Positions 10,320 to 20,142 of a DNA stretch of 32,000 nt are shown here, in pieces. The notes beneath the pieces are model-generated. The model worked only from the letters and a program-made list of their open reading frames with translations, was not told where the DNA came from and did no database searches. The DNA is from Vibrio vulnificus CMCP6 (GTDB lineage Bacteria; Pseudomonadota; Gammaproteobacteria; Enterobacterales; Vibrionaceae): contig NC_004459.3 of NCBI RefSeq assembly GCF_000039765.1, forward strand, positions 1,530,001-1,562,000, read 5' to 3'. The position numbers and the translations under genes are program-made. Position 1 is the stretch's first letter; every line of letters begins with the position of its first letter.

Positions 10320-11600
10320 ATGTTGAGTGTTGCTTTTTGGCCTTTTAGGCTCTCTTTTCTCACCCTGCTGGGTCTTTTACTCAGCAGCTCATGTACCGCT
10401 TCAGCGAATGAAGTGGCGTTTTCAGGTTTCGGCTCTGTGGGTTATAGCTACGAAAATGAGCCCGATATCGGCTATTTGCGTAACATTTCTCAGCCGCCTG
10501 ATGTTGAACGCAACGGCTCATTTCTTCCCGATTCAAATTTTGGTGTACAGGTTGATTGGGCGCTGAATTATCAATGGTCGCTCACTGCACAATGGGTGCT
10601 AGAAGATCGCGTTGAGCAAGATTTTAATAACGTCACCGAGCTGGCGTTTATTCGCTACTTACCCGATGCCAACTGGGATTTGCGCATCGGCCGTGTTGGC
10701 CTGAATGCCTATACCGCAGCAGACAGCCGACGGATTGACTACGCCCACCTCTGGGTTCGCCCACCTCAAGAGCTTTACGGCAGTATTTTTTATGACTCAA
10801 TTGATGGTCTTGATGTTACGTATCGCTCTTCGATTAACGAGGTGAACTGGTCTGCCAGCTTGCAATATGGCGCCATTTCTCAGGTAATCGAAGATGAGCG
10901 AACAAAAGATCATTCAGAGGCCAGTTCAGATCATACGTTGGCCATCGCACTGACGTTTGATTACCACGAGTGGAGTGGACGTTTTTCTTTTGTTGATGTG
11001 GCGGATTTAACGGTCTCACTTGGTCCAAACAGCCAACAAGCACAACTGGGGATTGCCCAGTTAGCGCAAGCAGGATTGGGGGCGGCCAGTTTAGAGGCGG
11101 CTGAGATTTACGCCCAATCCAACATCAATGGAGAATCGGTAAAGTACTGGCAGGTCGGGCTTGGTTACTTTGATGGCGAGTGGCAGATGCAGTCCGAGCT
11201 TTTTTATGTGGCAGGTATGAAGCAAGCCATCCCGCAAGGTAGTGGTGGCTATCTGATGTTAGGGCGAAGCATTCATCGTTTTACGCCTTATGCAACCGTA
11301 TCGTTTTTTGAGCCAGCAAGAGACATCGTTAAAGCACAAAGCGATTGGGGGCTCATCTCCCCTCAGTTAGGGCAATTTCAGCAACTCATCATTAGCGGCA
11401 TCAATTCCACTTACATCGATCAGAATACCTATTCCTTAGGCATACGCTGGGATATTCACCCGCAAGTCGCGATCAAAGGGCAATTTGACTACATCCAGAT
11501 TCACGATGTGGGATATGGCCTTTGGGCGGCTGACGGTCGTTCATCAACTCAAGGGCGCGACGTTCAGCTTTACACCCTTAGTGTGAACTTTATTTTTTAG
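10320..11600 (+). CDS. Putative outer-membrane beta-barrel/porin-like protein
   Basis: 426 aa; N-terminal hydrophobic leader with SPase I-like ASA|NE site, alternating amphipathic strands rich in aromatics, and a C-terminal Phe strand (VQLYTLSVNFIF) typical of OM barrels. No specific family recognised. Confidence 0.7.
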   Translation: MLSVAFWPFRLSFLTLLGLLLSSSCTASANEVAFSGFGSVGYSYENEPDIGYLRNISQPPDVERNGSFLPDSNFGVQVDWALNYQWSLTAQWVLEDRVEQDFNNVTELAFIRYLPDANWDLRIGRVGLNAYTAADSRRIDYAHLWVRPPQELYGSIFYDSIDGLDVTYRSSINEVNWSASLQYGAISQVIEDERTKDHSEASSDHTLAIALTFDYHEWSGRFSFVDVADLTVSLGPNSQQAQLGIAQLAQAGLGAASLEAAEIYAQSNINGESVKYWQVGLGYFDGEWQMQSELFYVAGMKQAIPQGSGGYLMLGRSIHRFTPYATVSFFEPARDIVKAQSDWGLISPQLGQFQQLIISGINSTYIDQNTYSLGIRWDIHPQVAIKGQFDYIQIHDVGYGLWAADGRSSTQGRDVQLYTLSVNFIF

Positions 11601-11606
11601 GGGGAG

Positions 11607-12020
11607 ATGAAGATGAGATATCTAATTTCCCTCCTAGCCAGTTTGGTGATGATGCCCGTTTACGGCGAAATTTTTGTGGTCGTTAGCCATGAGAGCGCCA
11701 TTCATCAAATGAACGAAAGCGAAGTGGCGGATGTGTATTTAGGCCGAAAACGCTCTTTTGGCCGCGTGGACATTACGCAAGTTTTTGACCGCAGTGATGA
11801 GGTTCGAGCGCGCTTTTTTGGCAAAGTGGCCAATATGCGCACCAGTCAGATTAACGCGTATTGGGCTAAGCTTAAATTTTCAGGACGGATGCGAGCGCCT
11901 GATGTGATTGAAACCGACATTGAACTGGTTGAGCACTTGCTTGCCAACCCAAATGCCATTGGCTATATGCAAACTTCACCTCCTGAGGAGTTAAAGGTGG
12001 TTGCCACAATTTATGAATAA
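11607..12020 (+). CDS. Small PstS-like periplasmic phosphate-binding-superfamily protein
   Basis: 137 aa; signal peptide MKMRYLISLLASLVMMPVYG; SEVADVYLGRKRSF...DRSDEVRARFFGKV...AYWAKLKFSG...LLANPNAIGYMQ pattern typical of PstS-like domains. No pstCAB nearby. Confidence 0.75.
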   Translation: MKMRYLISLLASLVMMPVYGEIFVVVSHESAIHQMNESEVADVYLGRKRSFGRVDITQVFDRSDEVRARFFGKVANMRTSQINAYWAKLKFSGRMRAPDVIETDIELVEHLLANPNAIGYMQTSPPEELKVVATIYE

Positions 12021-13272
12021 CTTGCCGAGACATTCATTAGCGAATCGCCTGCTGAGATTTGTTTCGATATGCGCGATTGTCTATCTAGTGCTTTTGCTGG
12101 CGCTGATGATTCCGTTTGGCTTTAAAAATGCGAAGCAAGCGCATACGGAGTTAGAACAAAAATTGGTGTTGTCTCTCTCTAACTCGGCGGCCATCGCGTT
12201 GTATGTCAATAACCATGAGATTGCCGAAGAGGTGATTGACTCTTTGCTGCTGCATGATGAAATCAATGCTGTGCGTCTTGAAAGTTTAGAGGGCGTGACG
12301 TTTGACAAAATCAAACCGGGGCAGTTTGAAAAAGACATGTGGCTGCACGCGAATCAATACCCTTTACTCTCACCAGTGGATGCCAAACCATTGGGGATTC
12401 TGTATGTGCACGACAATCATTTGGTGATTCAACGTAAAACCCTCGACAAAGTGCTTTACCAGATTTTGTTTGTTTTGCTGCAGTTTTTGATGACGTTTGT
12501 GGTCATTGCGTTGGTGGTAAAACGCATCATCGGTAAGCCATTGAGGGCGCTATCGATTGCGGTGTCGCGTGCCACTCCAGGACAGGTGAAAACCGTTGAA
12601 GTGGATGATATCAATCGCAACAACGAAATCGGTTTGGTGGCCAGTAGCATCAACACCTTTATTGAAAACTCGCATCAGGCACTGATCCGAGAGAAAGAGC
12701 TACGCTCTCAGATTGAACGTTGGGAAATCTACTACCGTGGTATGGCGGAGCAAGACACCTTAACTGGTCTCAAAAACCGTTTGGGCTGTGAAAAACACTT
12801 TTCACACATGAAACACAGTGAGGCTTATTTATCACTGTTACTCATTGATTTAGATGGTTTTAAAGCAGTCAATGACAGCCATGGGCATGCAGTGGGTGAT
12901 GCCGTGTTATCCACCATCGCGAATCGTTACCTTCATCTGACCCAAGAGCATTTTAATCAAAGTGTCGTTGGGCGGATTGGTGGGGATGAGTTTGTCATTT
13001 ACTTGCCACATCGTGATGGGCCAGAAAAAATGGAAGCCTTTTTGTTGGCGTTTGCTGAGCAGTTAATTGAGTCGAGCAATACGCCGATTGAAGTGAAACA
13101 ACTGCAAGTACATGTCGGTTGCAGTATCGGCATTGCGACGGCAACGGCCGCAAAAGCCGATATGGAGAAGTTGCTGCTTCAAGCTGATAATGCAATGTAC
13201 CTTGCCAAACAGGATGGAAAAAACACTGCGCGTTTTTTTCGCCGACCGGTTAGCCAGTCGGTAGGTAACTGA
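12013..13272 (+). CDS. Membrane diguanylate cyclase: TM - periplasmic CHASE8-like region - TM - HAMP - GGDEF
   Basis: ORF track starts at TTG 12001; the ATG at 12013 overlaps the upstream stop (ATGAATAA). Two TM segments, HAMP-like region (GKPLRALSIAVSRATPGQV...), DTLTGLKNRLG and VGRIGGDEFVIYLP motifs. Confidence 0.88.
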   Translation: MNNLPRHSLANRLLRFVSICAIVYLVLLLALMIPFGFKNAKQAHTELEQKLVLSLSNSAAIALYVNNHEIAEEVIDSLLLHDEINAVRLESLEGVTFDKIKPGQFEKDMWLHANQYPLLSPVDAKPLGILYVHDNHLVIQRKTLDKVLYQILFVLLQFLMTFVVIALVVKRIIGKPLRALSIAVSRATPGQVKTVEVDDINRNNEIGLVASSINTFIENSHQALIREKELRSQIERWEIYYRGMAEQDTLTGLKNRLGCEKHFSHMKHSEAYLSLLLIDLDGFKAVNDSHGHAVGDAVLSTIANRYLHLTQEHFNQSVVGRIGGDEFVIYLPHRDGPEKMEAFLLAFAEQLIESSNTPIEVKQLQVHVGCSIGIATATAAKADMEKLLLQADNAMYLAKQDGKNTARFFRRPVSQSVGN

Positions 13273-13311
13273 TCCGTTCAATGGGTTGTCGTAGGGCCGT
13301 GAAGAGACTGT

Positions 13312-13343
13312 TTGTTGAGAAAGAAAATTGTTGAGAAAGAAAA
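13312..13343. repeat. Perfect 16-bp tandem duplication TTGTTGAGAAAGAAAA x2
   Basis: Copies at 13312-13327 and 13328-13343, directly abutting the convergent terminator. Confidence 0.9.
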
Positions 13344-13364
13344 CCGCCGTGACGGCGGTTTTCT
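13339..13364. terminator. Bidirectional terminator between the GGDEF gene and barA
   Basis: AAAACCGCCG-tga-CGGCGGTTTT, with A/T-rich runs on both sides, between convergent genes. Confidence 0.8.
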
Positions 13365-13374
13365 TTTAATGGCA

Positions 13375-16161
13375 TTAGGCGAGATACAACTGCGCGGTGG
13401 TGGATACCTTGAGCATCTCATCTTGCAGTTCAAACAGTTCAGGCTCGACATCCATCAGATCGGCATCGCTGCGCAGGGATTGCTCAATGGTGGCACAGAG
13501 CGCCTTTAAGCGTGGTACACCACAGTAAGAGCTGCTGCCATGCAGCTTATGGATGACATGAATCAGTTCGTCACGCGGGTAGTCTTCCTGCTCTAACGCG
13601 AGCTCGACAACACTCTCTACTTCCGGAATGAATTCCACCAACATTCTCAGCATATCTTTTGCCAAATCTTCCTTGTTAGCAGATTGCTTCAGTGCTGCTT
13701 GCCAATCGATGATGATGTCGCTGCTGCGTGCGATGTTCTGCTGCACACTGCTCTCTTCGGTCGCAATATAGCTTGGTGAGATCTTTTCAACTTGGCTATC
13801 GCAGGTGTTGGGATTCCAGTGGATCAGCACTTGCTGCAAAATATGCTCTTCGATGGGCTTGGTGAGGTAATCATCCATGCCTGCCTTGAGTAGGCGGTCA
13901 CGCTCACCGCTCATGGCGTGTGCCGTTACCGCGATCACTGGCGTGTTGGCATTGAGTTCGGTTTGTTTGATCAACTTACAAGCCGTCACTCCATCCATCT
14001 TCGGCATCTGAATATCCATAAAGATCAGATCGAACTGGCGGCTGGTAGCAATATCGACCGCGTCTTGGCCTGAACTGCAAGAGGTGACCGAAACCACGCG
14101 TTCTGCAAGGAGCGCGGTGATCAGTTTGAGGTTGGCTGGGTTGTCATCTACGGCCAGTACCGACAGGGAAGAGCGCTCTGCTTGTGCGTTTTCAGGCGCC
14201 GGAAGCAAAGGTTGTAAGGTTTGTTTTGCCGCGAGGCTTTGCAGCAGTTTTCTTCGACCTAGCGGCTTGGTTAAACATTGAATGCCAAAACGTTCGGTCA
14301 ATTGATCCGCCAGAGCTAACTCGGTGCTAGGGATGGCCAGAATGGTGTTGGCAGAGATGTGCAGTGCTCGGCTTAACCAGTTTTCAATGGTTTCCAATTC
14401 GTACACTTGGTTTACCGCCAAACTCAGCAGAACAAAATCGTAGCCTTTGGCATTGTCTGGTAAGAGCGAGCGGTAGGTGACATTGATGCCTTCTTGCGTT
14501 AAGACTTGCTGGGTGACCGCCGCCGCTTGCATGTTTGGCTCAACCAACAGCAGTTCTTTGCCTTGCAGATATTCGGCTTCTATCGAATCGCTCATTGGCA
14601 TTTGCGTGGAGTGCAGACGCAAGGTGAACCAGAAGGTTGAACCTTGGTGAAGTCGGCTGGTAAGGCTGATCTCACCGCCCATTTGACTGACCAGTTTCTG
14701 GGTGATAACCAACCCAAGGCCGGTGCCACCGTAGCGGCGAGAAATACTGGCGTCGGCTTGACTAAAGGCTTGGAAAAGCTGCGCTTGTTGCCGCTCAGAA
14801 ATACCGATACCCGTATCTTTCACCATAAATTGCAGGTCAATACTGTCGCCCGATTGAGCTCGCATTTCCACACTGACATCGATGTTGCCACGTTCGGTAA
14901 ACTTGATTGAGTTACCCACTAGGTTGGTCAGTACCTGCTGAATACGCAATGGATCGCCCACCACGCCTTCTGGGATACGCGGATCAATCTTCAACGTGAT
15001 CTCTAACCCTTTTTCGTGCGCGCTAGTGGCTTGAAGGCTGATAACCTCTTCTAGGCTTTCACGGAAATCAAATGGAATGTTTTCCAGTGCTAGCTTGCCA
15101 GCTTCCAGTTTCGAGAAGTCCAAAATATCGTTGATGATATTGAGCAGGTTGTTGGCCGACTTTTCAATGGTCTGTAGATAGTCGGTTTGGCTGTTAGTCA
15201 GCTGCGTTTTGAGCATCTGACGAGTAAAGCCGATCACGCCGTTGAGTGGTGTACGCAGCTCATGCGACATATTGGCGAGGAACTCGGATTTGACTCGTGC
15301 CGCTTCTTGGGCGCGTTTTTTGGCGATATCCAGTTCAACGTTTTGAATCTCAAGCTGCTCGAGTGTTTCTCGTAAGTCGGAGGTGGCTTGGTCAATGCTG
15401 TGCTGCATCTCAACGTGATATTCCGACAACGAAATCGCCATCGCGTTGATACCGTTTTTCAACGAATCCAATTCCCCGTGCATTTTGCCTTCAATTCGCA
15501 CATCCAATTGACCACGGCGAATACGGTCGACGACGTTTTTCATGTGCGTAATCGGCTGGGTAACATCCTGCATTAGGCGCGAAGCAAACACGCTCGCTAA
15601 GCCCAAACCAAGGATTAACACTAGGAAAGCGGAGAAGACTTCTTGGTACTGTTGTAGGCGCAGTGAAGAGAGGTCTAACTCAACGGCAATGTAACCAATG
15701 GCTCGGGTGGCTTCGCCTGGCTCGGCCAAATCACTCAAATAGTGGCCTTCCGATAGTACAGGAACACGCAAAATCATGGTGTCGCTGCGGATTTCCGCAT
15801 TGCCCAAAAGAGGGATCGGTTGGTCTTTCGGGTAGGTTAACGACTCAAAATTAGGGTGAAAGTTAGAGGTAACGAACAGTTCGTGTTTGCTATCAAAGAC
15901 GGCAATACTGCGCACCAAATTGGAATTTTTGCGGTGAGCATAGCTGACTAAGCGTCTCACGGCCTCTCGACTTTCAGAAAGCAGATGAGGCTCGCTGGCG
16001 ATGGCGATCGGTTCAATAATGCTATTGCCCGTGGTGATCACCTGACGTTCCAGATCTTGATAGCGATTGAAAGAGAAAAAACTACTGAGCAACAACCCGA
16101 TGATCAAGGTTGGCGCTAGGGTGAGCGTAATTACACGTGCTCGTAAGCCATATCTGGTCAT
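13375..16161 (-). CDS. barA: Tripartite hybrid sensor histidine kinase BarA/VarS
   Basis: 928 aa; TM/periplasmic region, HAMP, HisKA (EFLANMSHELRTPLNGVIGF), HATPase, receiver (VDDNPANLKL...DLIFMDIQMPKMDG), C-terminal HPt (HKLHGSSSYCG). Confidence 0.93.
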   Translation of the reverse strand: MTRYGLRARVITLTLAPTLIIGLLLSSFFSFNRYQDLERQVITTGNSIIEPIAIASEPHLLSESREAVRRLVSYAHRKNSNLVRSIAVFDSKHELFVTSNFHPNFESLTYPKDQPIPLLGNAEIRSDTMILRVPVLSEGHYLSDLAEPGEATRAIGYIAVELDLSSLRLQQYQEVFSAFLVLILGLGLASVFASRLMQDVTQPITHMKNVVDRIRRGQLDVRIEGKMHGELDSLKNGINAMAISLSEYHVEMQHSIDQATSDLRETLEQLEIQNVELDIAKKRAQEAARVKSEFLANMSHELRTPLNGVIGFTRQMLKTQLTNSQTDYLQTIEKSANNLLNIINDILDFSKLEAGKLALENIPFDFRESLEEVISLQATSAHEKGLEITLKIDPRIPEGVVGDPLRIQQVLTNLVGNSIKFTERGNIDVSVEMRAQSGDSIDLQFMVKDTGIGISERQQAQLFQAFSQADASISRRYGGTGLGLVITQKLVSQMGGEISLTSRLHQGSTFWFTLRLHSTQMPMSDSIEAEYLQGKELLLVEPNMQAAAVTQQVLTQEGINVTYRSLLPDNAKGYDFVLLSLAVNQVYELETIENWLSRALHISANTILAIPSTELALADQLTERFGIQCLTKPLGRRKLLQSLAAKQTLQPLLPAPENAQAERSSLSVLAVDDNPANLKLITALLAERVVSVTSCSSGQDAVDIATSRQFDLIFMDIQMPKMDGVTACKLIKQTELNANTPVIAVTAHAMSGERDRLLKAGMDDYLTKPIEEHILQQVLIHWNPNTCDSQVEKISPSYIATEESSVQQNIARSSDIIIDWQAALKQSANKEDLAKDMLRMLVEFIPEVESVVELALEQEDYPRDELIHVIHKLHGSSSYCGVPRLKALCATIEQSLRSDADLMDVEPELFELQDEMLKVSTTAQLYLA

Positions 16162-16333
16162 GTTATCTAATTACATCAAGGTCTGGATATGGGAAAATAG
16201 GCGCCACTAATATGTCAGTGACCCAGCCGGATAGTCGCTAAGCATAATCACAACCGCTCACAGGCACAACGATTGCGCAGCAGAATAGTGAAGCGGTAAA
16301 ACAAATTTGAGTAAATCATTCAGGTAATTGAGC

Positions 16334-17650
16334 ATGGCACGTTTTTTCCAACCGAAAAAGAAACTTCAACCCGAAAGCAAACATCAGCAGGTGTTGGTGG
16401 AAAAACTCGACCATCAAGGGGCGGGGATTGCCTATCTCAACAAAAAGCCACTTTTTATTGATGGCACTTTACCGGGGGAAGAGGTGGTGACGCAGCTGAC
16501 GGAGAGTAAAAGTAAGTTTGCGCGCGGTAAACTGATCAAATTGCTCAAACCAGCGGCGGAACGTGTTGAACCATTCTGTTCTCATTTTAATCAGTGTGGT
16601 GGTTGCGACATGCAGCACATGGATTACCAAGCTCAACTGGCTTATAAGCAGCGCACTCTGCTGCAACTGATGAAGAAATTTTCCGGCAGTGAGATCCTTT
16701 TATCACCACCAGTAACGGGGCTTGAGAAGGCGTATCGTCGTCGTGCGCGCGTCAGCCTGATGTGGGACAAAAAATCGCGCCAGTTGCAGTTTGGATTCCG
16801 CCGTAAACAGAGCAAGCAAATCGAAAACGTTACTCAGTGCCCGGTATTAGTGGCTGAGCTTGAGTGTTTGTTGCCAGAACTGAAAGCGATCTTGAGCCAT
16901 TTCCAACATCCTGAACACTTAGGCCATGTTGAACTGGTTGCGGCAGATAACGGTGCGGTCATCACGCTTCGACATACAGGCCCATTGTTGGATGAAGACG
17001 TGGCTAAGCTACGTCAATGTGCAGAACAACATCAAGCCACGCTGTACCTTATGCCCGCAAGCGATCAGCTCGAGCGTATTTCTGGCGAAGCGCCGTACTA
17101 CCAAGAAATTGGCTTTAAAGTGCCATTTGAGCCAAACAACTTTATTCAGGTGAACCAAAAGGTAAACCAACAGATGGTGGTTCAAGCGCTTGAGTGGTTA
17201 GACCCGCAAAGCAGCGACCGTGTGTTAGATCTCTTCTGTGGTCTAGGAAATTTTAGCTTGCCGATCGCCAGTAAAGCTAAGTCGGTGACTGGGGTGGAAG
17301 GGGTGGACGAAATGGTGCAAAAAGCAGCAATCAACGCCTCTTTGAACCAAATCAATAACGCGCAATTTTTCCACGCTAATCTGGAGCAGGATTTTGTTGG
17401 GCAGCCTTGGGCGAGCGAGAAGTTTGATAAGATTTTACTCGATCCTGCAAGGGCTGGCGCAAGCGGTATCATCGAGCAGGTTTCCGCACTCGGTGCGAAA
17501 AGAGTGGTTTATGTTTCGTGTAATCCTGCTACCCTTGCAAGGGATAGCCAAAGCCTGTTGGAGCAAGGTTATCGCTTAACCAAATTAGGTATGTTGGACA
17601 TGTTCCCTTATACCAGTCACCTTGAATCGATGGCGTTGTTTGAAAAATAA
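16334..17650 (+). CDS. rlmD: 23S rRNA (uracil-1939-C5)-methyltransferase
   Basis: [12 protein letters not shown]...; Cys cluster ([17 protein letters not shown]), SAM motif ([16 protein letters not shown]), catalytic [13 protein letters not shown]. The ORF track starts at TTG 16328; ATG 16334 is preferred. Confidence 0.94.
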   Translation: MARFFQPKKKLQPESKHQQVLVEKLDHQGAGIAYLNKKPLFIDGTLPGEEVVTQLTESKSKFARGKLIKLLKPAAERVEPFCSHFNQCGGCDMQHMDYQAQLAYKQRTLLQLMKKFSGSEILLSPPVTGLEKAYRRRARVSLMWDKKSRQLQFGFRRKQSKQIENVTQCPVLVAELECLLPELKAILSHFQHPEHLGHVELVAADNGAVITLRHTGPLLDEDVAKLRQCAEQHQATLYLMPASDQLERISGEAPYYQEIGFKVPFEPNNFIQVNQKVNQQMVVQALEWLDPQSSDRVLDLFCGLGNFSLPIASKAKSVTGVEGVDEMVQKAAINASLNQINNAQFFHANLEQDFVGQPWASEKFDKILLDPARAGASGIIEQVSALGAKRVVYVSCNPATLARDSQSLLEQGYRLTKLGMLDMFPYTSHLESMALFEK

Positions 17651-17745
17651 ACCACATGGTGAGAAAGCCATCGTTTGATTGGGACAAAACGAACTAACTG
17701 GGATGCTGTTAGTCGAAACTGAAAAAGCAATATTAGGATAATAAG

Positions 17746-19971
17746 ATGGTTGCGGTAAGAAGCGCACATTTGAATCAAAACGAACAGTTTGAGCTGGAAA
17801 GCTGGGTGGCAAGCCTGAAACAAGACGCGGGCGTCTCCAAGCGCCTTATTGAAGTTTATCGCCACTGTCAGACCATTCTGCAAGGTCATGAACACGCCGA
17901 ACTTCTGTTGTGGCGAGGGCGAGAAATGATTGAAATTCTCGTCACCTTATCCATGGATAAGGCCACCTTGGTTGCCGCGCAACTGTTCCCATTAGTCTCA
18001 AGTGGTGCTTTTGCACGCGAGCCATTAGAAGAGCACTACAGTAAAGAGATCATCAAGCTGATTGATGGTGTGGATGAAATGGCGGCGATTGGTCAGCTAA
18101 ACATTACTCTTGAAGGCAGTGCGGCTTCGGCGCAAGTCGACAATGTGCGTCGCATGCTGCTGGCGATGGTGGATGACTTCCGCTGCGTGGTCATCAAATT
18201 GGCTGAGCGTATCTGCAATCTGATTGAAGTGAAAAAAGCGCCAGATGAAGTGCGCCGCGCCGCAGCCAAAGAGTGTGCCAATATCTATGCACCACTGGCC
18301 AACCGTTTAGGCATTGGTCAGTTAAAGTGGGAAATCGAAGATTACGCTTTTCGCTATCAACAGCCAGATACCTACAAGCAAATTGCTAAGCAGTTATCTG
18401 AGCGTCGTATTGTGCGCGAACAATACATCAAAGACTTTGTTGATGACCTTTCTGAAGAAATGAAAGAGTGTGGCATTAACGCCGAAGTCAGTGGCCGTCC
18501 TAAACATATCTATAGTATTTGGCGCAAAATGCAGAAGAAGAGCTTAGCGTTTGATGAGCTGTTTGACGTGCGTGCGGTGCGGATCATTGCCGATAAACTG
18601 CAAGATTGTTATGCCGCATTAGGCGTGGTGCACACCAAATATAAACATCTGCCAAGTGAGTTCGACGACTATGTCGCCAACCCAAAACCGAATGGTTACC
18701 AGTCGATTCATACCGTGGTGCTCGGCCCAGAAGGCAAAACCATCGAGATTCAAATCCGCACCAAGCAGATGCATGAAGATTCGGAACTCGGGGTAGCCGC
18801 GCACTGGAAATACAAAGAAGGCAGCAGCAGCGGCCGCAGTGGTTACGATGAGAAAATCACCTGGCTACGTAAACTGCTGGATTGGCAAGAAGAGATGTCA
18901 GATTCTGGCGAAATGCTTGACGAGCTGCGCAGCCAAGTATTTGATGACCGCGTGTACGCCTTTACCCCGCGTGGTGATGTCGTCGATTTGCCAATGGGCG
19001 CAACGCCGCTCGATTTTGCCTACCATATTCACTCAGAGGTGGGGCATCGCTGTATCGGCGCCAAGGTGGCAGGGCGCATCGTCCCATTCACCCACAAACT
19101 CAATATGGGCGATCAAGTTGAAATCATCACCCAGAAAGAGCCGAACCCTTCCCGCGATTGGTTAAACCCGTCATTGGGGTTTGTGACTTCAGGTCGTGCT
19201 CGGGCGAAAATCAACGCTTGGTTCCGCAAACAAAGCCGTGAGAAAAACCTCGAAGCTGGCCGTGAGATCCTTGAAAACGAACTGGCGAAAATTGGTGCAA
19301 CGCTAAAAGATGCAGAGCAGTACGCCGTAAAACGTTTTAACGTGAAGTCAGCCGATGAGTTGTACGTGGGTGTTGGCAGTGGTGATTTGCGTATTAACCA
19401 AATCTTGAACCATATTAATGCGTTAGTGAACAAACCAACGGCTGAAGAAGAAGATCGTCAAGCACTCGAAAGACTGCAAGAAGCGGGCAATAAAGCCGCA
19501 GGTAGCCCAACTCGTCCACGCAAAGATGCCGTGGTTGTGCAAGGGGTAGATAACCTGATGTCTCACTTAGCCCGCTGCTGTCAACCAATACCGGGTGATG
19601 AGATCTGTGGTTACATCACGCAAGGTCGAGGCATTTCAGTACACCGAGCCGATTGTGAACAGCTTGAAGAACTGCGCCACCACGCCCCAGAACGTATCAT
19701 AGATACCGTTTGGGGAAGTGATGTTGTCGGCTCGTACATGTTAACCGTGCGCGTCGAGGCGATGGAGCGAAGTGGTTTGCTAAAAGACATCACCACCATG
19801 CTGGCGAATGAGAAAATCAAAGTCATCAGCATGAAGAGTCGACTTGATTACCGCACCCATCTCAATGTGATGGATTTCGAACTCGAAGTGACCAACATTG
19901 AAGTACTGACTCGCATCATGAAGCGTGTTGAGCAGATCAAGGATGTGATGTTGGTAAAACGCCTCGGCTAA
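17746..19971 (+). CDS. relA: (p)ppGpp synthetase I
   Basis: 741 aa; degenerate HD region, synthetase domain (YRSIHTVVLGPEGKTIEIQIRT family pattern: PKPNGYQSIHTVVLGPEGKTIEIQIRTKQMH), TGS and ACT domains. Confidence 0.97.
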   Translation: MVAVRSAHLNQNEQFELESWVASLKQDAGVSKRLIEVYRHCQTILQGHEHAELLLWRGREMIEILVTLSMDKATLVAAQLFPLVSSGAFAREPLEEHYSKEIIKLIDGVDEMAAIGQLNITLEGSAASAQVDNVRRMLLAMVDDFRCVVIKLAERICNLIEVKKAPDEVRRAAAKECANIYAPLANRLGIGQLKWEIEDYAFRYQQPDTYKQIAKQLSERRIVREQYIKDFVDDLSEEMKECGINAEVSGRPKHIYSIWRKMQKKSLAFDELFDVRAVRIIADKLQDCYAALGVVHTKYKHLPSEFDDYVANPKPNGYQSIHTVVLGPEGKTIEIQIRTKQMHEDSELGVAAHWKYKEGSSSGRSGYDEKITWLRKLLDWQEEMSDSGEMLDELRSQVFDDRVYAFTPRGDVVDLPMGATPLDFAYHIHSEVGHRCIGAKVAGRIVPFTHKLNMGDQVEIITQKEPNPSRDWLNPSLGFVTSGRARAKINAWFRKQSREKNLEAGREILENELAKIGATLKDAEQYAVKRFNVKSADELYVGVGSGDLRINQILNHINALVNKPTAEEEDRQALERLQEAGNKAAGSPTRPRKDAVVVQGVDNLMSHLARCCQPIPGDEICGYITQGRGISVHRADCEQLEELRHHAPERIIDTVWGSDVVGSYMLTVRVEAMERSGLLKDITTMLANEKIKVISMKSRLDYRTHLNVMDFELEVTNIEVLTRIMKRVEQIKDVMLVKRLG

Positions 19972-20142
19972 TTTTTACGTTGTACTTGCTGTTTTTACTG
20001 CGTTAACTTCGCTTTCTCGCTCAATCACATGGTGAACCATGCTCAGGAGCCTCGAAAGCTTGTTGCCTTGTCAAAACAACAATTACTTAGTGAAAGGCGA
20101 GTATTGATAAAAATCCACGCAGTGTTGTAAGCGAAGTAATTT

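Noticed and set aside
17394-17895. Cluster of short ORFs around the rlmD/relA junction (17394-17579 +, 17585-17812 -, 17617-17895 -)
   Set aside because: They lie mostly antisense or out of frame to rlmD and relA, with no conserved motif.
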